Shown here piece by piece: positions 58,074-64,000 of a stretch of DNA of 64,000 nt. The notes under the pieces were generated by a model. It did no database searches, was not told the DNA's origin, and saw nothing but the letters and a program-made list of their open reading frames with translations. Every line of letters begins with the position of its first letter. Position 1 is the first letter of the stretch. The DNA lies in NCBI GenBank assembly GCA_965217185.1, contig OZ244252.1, positions 1,632,001 through 1,696,000 of the forward strand, given 5' to 3'. Made by a program: the position numbers and the translations under genes. The DNA is from an uncultured Candidatus Entotheonella sp. Lineage in GTDB: Bacteria > Tectomicrobia > Entotheonellia > Entotheonellales > Entotheonellaceae.

Positions 58074-60203
58074 CTAGCCTCGCTTCTCGGCTCCGATTAT
58101 CCCACTCAACAGCCCCTCGGTCTCCCGCTCCAGCGCCGCTATATCAGCCCGTATCTCCTCCAGGGGGCGCAGGGGCAGCGGCTTGTAGAAGTGGCGCGTG
58201 AAGCTGATTTCGTAGCCCACCTTCACGCTTGGCGTGTCGTACCAGGCGTCCGGGGCGTAGGGCAGCACCTCGCGGTGGATGAAAGCCTCAATGCCGCCTT
58301 CGTGGAGAAGCGGCACTTGCTCTGTGTCACGCAGCCCGGTATCCGGCTCGTACTCGACGACGGCACTCCGACCGTCCAAAGCAGCTTCGATCAGTCCGCG
58401 GATTGGGTCCGGTTCCACCGCGCCCGGCTTGTGGGTCTTCTTGATGACGGGCGCGGCGGCCTCATCGCGGGATGCCAAGGCCATCTGCAACAGGTTCTTC
58501 CGCTTGGCCGTCAGCTTGACGCCATGCGCGGAGGCATCCGCCCCAACGACTTCCATGAATCGGTTGAAGTCGGGGTGAAGTCCGGCGCCCAGCACTGCCG
58601 CCGCTCGGTCAATGACGTTGGCGAGCGGCTCTTCCTTTGCGTCGCGACAGGCGGCTCGGAAGCGCTGGCGATGGTCCGGCGATAGATCGACGGTGAGCCG
58701 CAACGGGCGCTCCACGGTAACCTTCCAGTAGCCGAAAGCCTCGTTGGGGAATATCTTCGACTGCTCCGTCTCCTCGAAGGCAAGGAAAGCGTCGCAGATG
58801 CGGCCGATGTCCTCATCGGAGAGCTCGCAGTTCTTGCTGCCCAGGTTCTTGCGCAGCGGTTGGGACCATTGCGTGGCGTCGATGAGTTGCACTCTGCCTC
58901 GCCGATGCTCAGGCTTGCGATTGCTGAGCACCCAGATGTAGGTGGCAATGCCGGTGTTGTAGAACATGTTCAGCGGCAGGGCAACGATAGCCTCCAGCCA
59001 GTCGTTCTCGATAATCCAACGGCGGATGTTGCTCTCACCCTGCCCGGCGTCGCCGGTGAAGAGAGAGCTGCCGTTGTGGACCTCGGCGATGCGGCTGCCC
59101 ATCTGGTTGTCGTGTTTCATCTTGCTCAGCATGTTGGCCAGGAACATCATCTGGCCGTCGCTGGAGCGGGTGACGAGGGCGTAGCCCGGGTTGCCGCCGT
59201 GCTCCACGACGAAGCGCGGATCTGTGATGTCGGATTTGCCGCCCATGCGCTCCAGGTCGCTCTTCCAGCTCTTGCCGTAGGGCGGATTGGAGAGCATGAA
59301 GTCGAATTCGCGGGCGGGAAAGGCATCGGCGGAGAGGGTGGATCCGTATTGCATGTTGTCTGCCTCGCCGCCTTCTCCCTTCAGGATGAGGTCGGCCTTG
59401 CTGATGGCGTAGGTCTCAGGATTCACCTCCTGGCCGTACAGATGGACCGACGCCTCCTTGCCTTGTTCTTTGGTCAACTGCGTCAGCGTCTCTTCCGCGA
59501 CTGTCAGCATCCCGCCGGTGCCACAGGCCCCGTCATAAACCAGATAGGTACCGGACCTGACCTCTTCGGCAACCGGCAGGAAGATGAGCCGTGCCATGAG
59601 TTGCACCACATCCCTTGGGGTGAAGTGCTCCCCGGCTTCCTCGTTGTTCTCCTCGTTGAAGCGCCGGATAAGTTCCTCGAAGACGGTACCCATGCCGTGG
59701 TTGTCCAGGCCGTCCAGACGCACGGAGCCGTCTCCGTTCAGGATGGGCTTGGGGCTGAGGTTGATGGAGCTGTCAAGGAACTTCTCCAGCAGGAAGCCCA
59801 GCGCGTCCGCTTCCACCAAGGTCGGAATCTGGTTGCGGAACTTGAACTTCTCCAGGACCTCCTGGACGTTGGGCGAGAAGCTGTCGAGGTACGCCTCGAA
59901 GTCGGACCGTAACTGCTGCTGCCGCCCGCGTGAAGCAAGGTCGCGGAGTCGGAAGGGCGACGTGTTGTAGAAGGCTTCACCGGACGCCTGGCGCAGTGCT
60001 CGGTCTTGATTCGTTATGCCAGCGTCGTCCAATTGCGCCTTCATGCGGAGCACCGCTTCCTTCGTCGGTTCGAGAACCGCGTCGAGGCGGCGAATGACCG
60101 TCATGGGCAGGATGACGTCGCGGTACTTGCCCCGCACGTAGACATCCCGCAGCACGTCGTCCGCGATGCCCCATATGAAGCTGCTGATGTTCAGGCTGTT
60201 CAC
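58074..60203 (-). CDS. hsdM: Type I restriction-modification N6-adenine methyltransferase
   Basis: FIWGIADD.LR, GEHFTPR, YDGACGTGGML, NPPY, FYNTGI; GTG start overlapping the HTH stop (GTGA). Confidence 0.95.
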   Translation of the reverse strand: MNSLNISSFIWGIADDVLRDVYVRGKYRDVILPMTVIRRLDAVLEPTKEAVLRMKAQLDDAGITNQDRALRQASGEAFYNTSPFRLRDLASRGRQQQLRSDFEAYLDSFSPNVQEVLEKFKFRNQIPTLVEADALGFLLEKFLDSSINLSPKPILNGDGSVRLDGLDNHGMGTVFEELIRRFNEENNEEAGEHFTPRDVVQLMARLIFLPVAEEVRSGTYLVYDGACGTGGMLTVAEETLTQLTKEQGKEASVHLYGQEVNPETYAISKADLILKGEGGEADNMQYGSTLSADAFPAREFDFMLSNPPYGKSWKSDLERMGGKSDITDPRFVVEHGGNPGYALVTRSSDGQMMFLANMLSKMKHDNQMGSRIAEVHNGSSLFTGDAGQGESNIRRWIIENDWLEAIVALPLNMFYNTGIATYIWVLSNRKPEHRRGRVQLIDATQWSQPLRKNLGSKNCELSDEDIGRICDAFLAFEETEQSKIFPNEAFGYWKVTVERPLRLTVDLSPDHRQRFRAACRDAKEEPLANVIDRAAAVLGAGLHPDFNRFMEVVGADASAHGVKLTAKRKNLLQMALASRDEAAAPVIKKTHKPGAVEPDPIRGLIEAALDGRSAVVEYEPDTGLRDTEQVPLLHEGGIEAFIHREVLPYAPDAWYDTPSVKVGYEISFTRHFYKPLPLRPLEEIRADIAALERETEGLLSGIIGAEKRG

Positions 60204-60418
60204 GCTTTGCCCTCCTTCCTTGCCGCCTGACTCGCGACCGCCCGTTTCCGCGCGTCGATCCAATCGTCGAGGTCCGAGGACTTGAACCTCCACGCACCGG
60301 CCACCTTGAAGCCTGGCAACTCCCCGCGTTGGGCCAACCGATAGACCGTCTTCTCATCAACGTTCAATTGCCTTGCTACGTCTCGGACAGTCATCGCCGG
60401 GGTTGGTGGGTCTGACAT
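60200..60418 (-). CDS. Excisionase-like HTH_17 DNA-binding protein (Mad1-like)
   Basis: MTVRDVARQLNVDEKTVYRLAQRGELPGFKVAGAWRF..DLDDWI; first gene of the R-M operon. Confidence 0.85.
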   Translation of the reverse strand: MSDPPTPAMTVRDVARQLNVDEKTVYRLAQRGELPGFKVAGAWRFKSSDLDDWIDARKRAVASQAARKEGKA

Positions 60419-60586
60419 GATCGAGCCCTCGCCTTTTCATGAACCATATCAGGGGGCGAAGCGGTAAACCAGTCCAAATCAGGGCACGTCAAAAAGAGAT
60501 GGTGTCGGGACGATGCTCCAGCTAAACAACGCGGGATGTAAAACGGAGAGGCGGTCCGACTTCCTGCAGACCTTTCGCGGCAAGAC

Positions 60587-60622
60587 AAAAAAAGGCGCCC
60601 GCATTGTGTCTGCGAGCGCCTT
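60587..60622 (-). terminator. Intrinsic terminator after PQQ dehydrogenase
   Basis: Minus strand AAGGCGCTCGCA-GACACAA-TGCGGGCGCCTT followed by a T run. Confidence 0.75.
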
Positions 60623-60651
60623 GATTCCCTTCCTTGAGGCCAAACGGCGTT

Positions 60652-62367
60652 TTAACGCGACAGGGCCACGATCAGGTTGCCGTGCTCCAGGCTGTGCTCC
60701 TCGTAACCCCAGCCGGGCACGCCACCGACAGCCTGCACGACGTACTGCTTGCCGTCCAGCATATAGGTAATCGGCCCCGACTTGGGCGTGGTGCCCAGGT
60801 TGACGGCATACAGGATTTCTCCCGAAGCCGCATCAACGGCCTGAAAATCGGCGTTCTGGCTGGTGTAGAAGACTAGGCCGCCGGCGGTGGACAACATGCC
60901 GCCAGCGAAACCCCACTTGGTTTTCTGATCGCGCCAGATCTCGTTGCCGCTATTGATGTTCATGGCGAGATTCACCTCGTACGCGTCTTCACGGTCGAAG
61001 AGAAACTCGAACGTGGCGCCAAGATTCCGCACGTTGCTGATGACCTTGACTTCCTCATAGCCATACATCATGCCGAGGTTGGTTGCCGGCAGAAAGATCA
61101 TGCCGCTGTCCGGGTTGTAGGCTGCGGGATACATGTTTACCCCGCCGAAAACGCTGGGCCACACCTCCAGCGTCTCGCCGCCCTGCTCCGGCAGCGCGAT
61201 CTGGTTAACCGGGCGGCCTTCGACGTCGTAGCCCTCCGCCCAATTGATCTTGTCGCTGAACCTTGCCGCCCGCAGGAACTGACCGGTCGCCGCATCCAGG
61301 TAGTGGATGTAACCGGTCTTGTTCGGCTGCACAATGGTCTTGCGACCATCAATGGTGATGATCAACGGCGTTTGCATGGTGTCGTAATCCCACGGATCGC
61401 CCGGCACCACGGTATAACGCCAAGGCACCTTGCCGGTATCCGTGTTGACCGCCACCACGCTGGCGGCGCCCACGTTGTCGTATTTGCCGTTGCCGCGCGG
61501 CACGGCGTTGAACGGGTAGGCGTTCGCCGTGCCCGTATAGTACATGCGCAGGTCGGGGTCCCAAGTGCCAACGATCCACGGACCGGCGCCGCCATAGTCG
61601 CGGCTGTCACCGGGCCACGATTCGTAACCGGGCTCTCCCGGACCGGGAATCATGTTGGCCTGCCAGAGCACCGCACCGTCGTCAGGGCTCACGCCAGCCA
61701 CGTAGCCGGGCAAGCCGCCCATGTCCGTGGCGTTCAGGGGCACGATGATTTGACCAGGAATGGCCAGCGGCCCGGCGGTGCCGAAGTAGCCGTTGGAATC
61801 CTCGGTCTTGTCAAACGCCTTGGGGTAGTGCATGTATTGCTGGACAAACTTCGCCACGCCGGTCCTGTAATGAATAGCGTGCAACTTCGTGTCGTTGGAA
61901 AGGAAATATATATACTCCCCGGAGATGGCCAGGTTGCGGTGCTTGCCAGTAAAGAAATCGGCAAACTGGCCGCCCCAGTCCTCGGGAAGCTCATGGACGT
62001 ACTTCCACAGCCGGCCGCCGGATCGAGCGTCGACGGCAAAGACCGTGTTGTCCTGCGCCTGATACACCACCCCGTCATGGTACAGCGGGGTGCCCTGAGC
62101 ATCGGTTTCGCCGCCGGTGGAGAAAATCCAGGCGACTCTGAGATCGCCAACATTACTCGGGTTCAACTGGGTCAACAGGCTGTGGCGATGCCCGGCCCAG
62201 TTGCCATTGCCATGCAGCCAGGAGGCCGCCGGCGCGGATGCCAGCATCGAATCCGTGACCCCCGCCTGTGCATCCTCTTCTTGCGCTTGTACCCATCCGG
62301 CGCCGCCCACCATGCACAGCGCAACGACCATACCTACGCCCACGAGTCGTGTGAAGATACGATTCAT
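60652..62367 (-). CDS. Periplasmic PQQ-dependent dehydrogenase (alcohol dehydrogenase-like beta-propeller)
   Basis: Signal peptide; RHSLLTQLNPSNV, AWIFSTG, WDYD, NKTG, PITYMLDGKQYV; AAGGAGG RBS. Confidence 0.88.
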   Translation of the reverse strand: MNRIFTRLVGVGMVVALCMVGGAGWVQAQEEDAQAGVTDSMLASAPAASWLHGNGNWAGHRHSLLTQLNPSNVGDLRVAWIFSTGGETDAQGTPLYHDGVVYQAQDNTVFAVDARSGGRLWKYVHELPEDWGGQFADFFTGKHRNLAISGEYIYFLSNDTKLHAIHYRTGVAKFVQQYMHYPKAFDKTEDSNGYFGTAGPLAIPGQIIVPLNATDMGGLPGYVAGVSPDDGAVLWQANMIPGPGEPGYESWPGDSRDYGGAGPWIVGTWDPDLRMYYTGTANAYPFNAVPRGNGKYDNVGAASVVAVNTDTGKVPWRYTVVPGDPWDYDTMQTPLIITIDGRKTIVQPNKTGYIHYLDAATGQFLRAARFSDKINWAEGYDVEGRPVNQIALPEQGGETLEVWPSVFGGVNMYPAAYNPDSGMIFLPATNLGMMYGYEEVKVISNVRNLGATFEFLFDREDAYEVNLAMNINSGNEIWRDQKTKWGFAGGMLSTAGGLVFYTSQNADFQAVDAASGEILYAVNLGTTPKSGPITYMLDGKQYVVQAVGGVPGWGYEEHSLEHGNLIVALSR

Positions 62368-62591
62368 AACTCCCTCCTTATTCGACATTCGACTCCGGAG
62401 ATTTAGCGTCTGTCCTGCGTTGGTAAAGCACACTCTTGGAAGGGACGGGCGCATGGTAGGAAGGGGGGTATAACGTGTCAACCAAAAACTGACCCGCCAG
62501 GGCTGAGGTGCAGCAGGCAAGAGGAATGGTTCATAGCGGACAATAGGGACAGATGCTGTCAGATGCCGTCGGGTCGCCGGCATTCACCGCG

Positions 62592-63026
62592 TCACCGAGG
62601 CCTGGTCTCGGAATCTCCCCAATAAGCGCCCTCTATTGCCAAAGTTTCGAGAAACGCGCCAATTTGGAATATAAGCTCCTCGGACAACACTTTACCCCAA
62701 CTGGGCATCTTACCTATTCGGCCGGTTTCGCGACCATTCTTGACGATGTGGACGTATTGCTCAAAACCTCTTTTGAATACCCGCAAATCAGCGCCGCTTG
62801 GACCCCGCTCGGCTGCGCCGTTGGCGCGGGGGCCGTGACACGGGGCGCACACCGCCAGAAACCAGGACTTGCCTTCTTTAATCGCCTTCTCATCTCCGGA
62901 AAAAGGATTAGTCGCCGGCACCTCCGACTCGGCGTGCACCAAACGTTGCGCTACGAGCCCCGCATCGAACGCCAGACAACCCATAACCACCATAACTACC
63001 GTTGCCACTCGAACTGCACGCCCCAT
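62592..63026 (-). CDS. Monoheme cytochrome c (probable electron acceptor of the PQQ enzymes)
   Basis: Signal peptide; NPFSGD..AIKEG, CAPCH, MPSW. Confidence 0.88.
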   Translation of the reverse strand: MGRAVRVATVVMVVMGCLAFDAGLVAQRLVHAESEVPATNPFSGDEKAIKEGKSWFLAVCAPCHGPRANGAAERGPSGADLRVFKRGFEQYVHIVKNGRETGRIGKMPSWGKVLSEELIFQIGAFLETLAIEGAYWGDSETRPR

Positions 63027-63125
63027 CGCCACGCCCTTGTTTTTCTCTCCACAACGAACCAAGGCACGCACGACAAATCGTACGTGCCTTGGCACTTCTA
63101 CTTCACATCACCTACAACACGGGGC

Positions 63126-64000
63126 TTAGCGGCTGAACGCCACCACCATGCTGCCGTGCTCCAAGTTATGCTCTTGGAAATCCCAGCCCGGCACACCGCC
63201 GACCGGCTGCACGACGTATTGCTTGCCATCCAGCATGTAGGTGATGGGGCCGGCCTTCGGCGTTACACCAAGGTTGAAGGTGTAGAGAATCTCGCCCGTG
63301 GTGGCATTCGTGGCATGGAAGATGCCCGCTTGGCTGGTGTAGAACACCAGGTTGCCGGCCGTCGTCAGCATACCACCTGCATAGCCCCACTTGCCCTTCT
63401 GATCGCGCCATACCTCAGCGCCGGTCTTCACGTCGATCGCCAACTCCAGCTCGTAACCCCAGATGAATTCCACCGAGGCTCCAAAGTGACGCACGTTGGC
63501 GATGACCTTGATGTCTTCAAACTTGTACTCCATGCCCGCATTCGTCGCCGCCAGATACAGGTTCCCGGTCAGCGGGTTGTAGGCATTGGGATACATGTTG
63601 ACGCCGCCGAACAGGCTCGGCCACACCTCTACCGCGCCGCCGTCTTCAATCGGAAGGTCCAATTGACCCACCGGACGGCCTTCGACGTCGTAGCCCTGGA
63701 TCCAGTTAATCCGGTCGGCAAACGCCGGGGCGCGCAGGAACTCGCCGGTGGCCGCATCCAGGTAATGGATGTAGCCGGTCTTGTTCGGATGCACGACCGT
63801 CTTGCGACCGTCAATGTTGATGACCATGGGGGTCTGCATGGTGTCATAGTCCCAGGGGTCGCCGGGAACCACAACATAGCGCCATGCTGCCTTGCCGGTA
63901 TCGGTGCTGCACGCCACCACGCTGGCAGCGCCGAGGTTGTCCATCTTGCCGTCGCCGCGGGTCTTGGGGTTCCACGGATAGGCGTTGGCCGTGCCGGTGT
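63126..64000 (-). CDS. Second PQQ-dependent dehydrogenase, 5' part outside window
   Basis: TGTANAYPWNP, PGDPWDYDTMQTP, PITYMLDGKQYV; clear paralog of 60652-62367. Confidence 0.88.
   Translation of the reverse strand, partial: TGTANAYPWNPKTRGDGKMDNLGAASVVACSTDTGKAAWRYVVVPGDPWDYDTMQTPMVINIDGRKTVVHPNKTGYIHYLDAATGEFLRAPAFADRINWIQGYDVEGRPVGQLDLPIEDGGAVEVWPSLFGGVNMYPNAYNPLTGNLYLAATNAGMEYKFEDIKVIANVRHFGASVEFIWGYELELAIDVKTGAEVWRDQKGKWGYAGGMLTTAGNLVFYTSQAGIFHATNATTGEILYTFNLGVTPKAGPITYMLDGKQYVVQPVGGVPGWDFQEHNLEHGSMVVAFSR

Noticed and set aside
49488..60418. Calling the operon a MADS system
   Set aside because: Only the HTH, methyltransferase and specificity genes correspond; there is no kinase or other MADS-specific gene, and a canonical HsdR is present
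60621..60641. TTGATTCCCTTCCTTGAGGC as degenerate attR copy of the tRNA-Phe 3' end
   Set aside because: Similarity is too weak and gapped to distinguish from chance

Overview
This is a GC-rich bacterial chromosome window; the gene content and cadherin/FN3/LRR/RTX surface protein suggest a host-associated (possibly sponge-symbiont, Tectomicrobia/Deltaproteobacteria-like) organism, which is inference only. The left half (1.4-31 kb) is an accessory region ending at the 3' end of tmRNA. It holds an ORF-less group II intron nested in a fragment of a second group II intron, decayed IS5/IS701/IS3/IS630/IS4-like elements and one intact ISAzo13. It also has a (GAGCC)32 microsatellite in front of a 1807-aa adhesin-like gene, and an ~11 kb ABC-transporter/amidohydrolase/deaminase block bracketed by a duplicated dipeptidase 3' end. 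The middle (31-49.5 kb) is housekeeping and metabolism: ssrA-smpB, aldolase, lactonase, TRAP SBP, DUF1800/DUF1501, YceI, cyclophilin, PhyH, PanE, dihydropyrimidinase-like and aceEF-lpdA. It also contains a Rdx/SelW-type selenoprotein (CxxU, UGA read-through) whose start the ORF track misses, and tRNA-Phe. Just after tRNA-Phe is a tightly coupled defence operon: HTH - hsdM - AAA ATPase - S8 protease - hsdS - DUF433/PIN TA - hsdR, a type I R-M system with an IetAS-like module and a toxin-antitoxin pair embedded in it; this is the best candidate for an undescribed composite system. The window ends with two atypical PQQ dehydrogenases flanking a cytochrome c. All family calls come from motif recognition by eye; no database searches were run.
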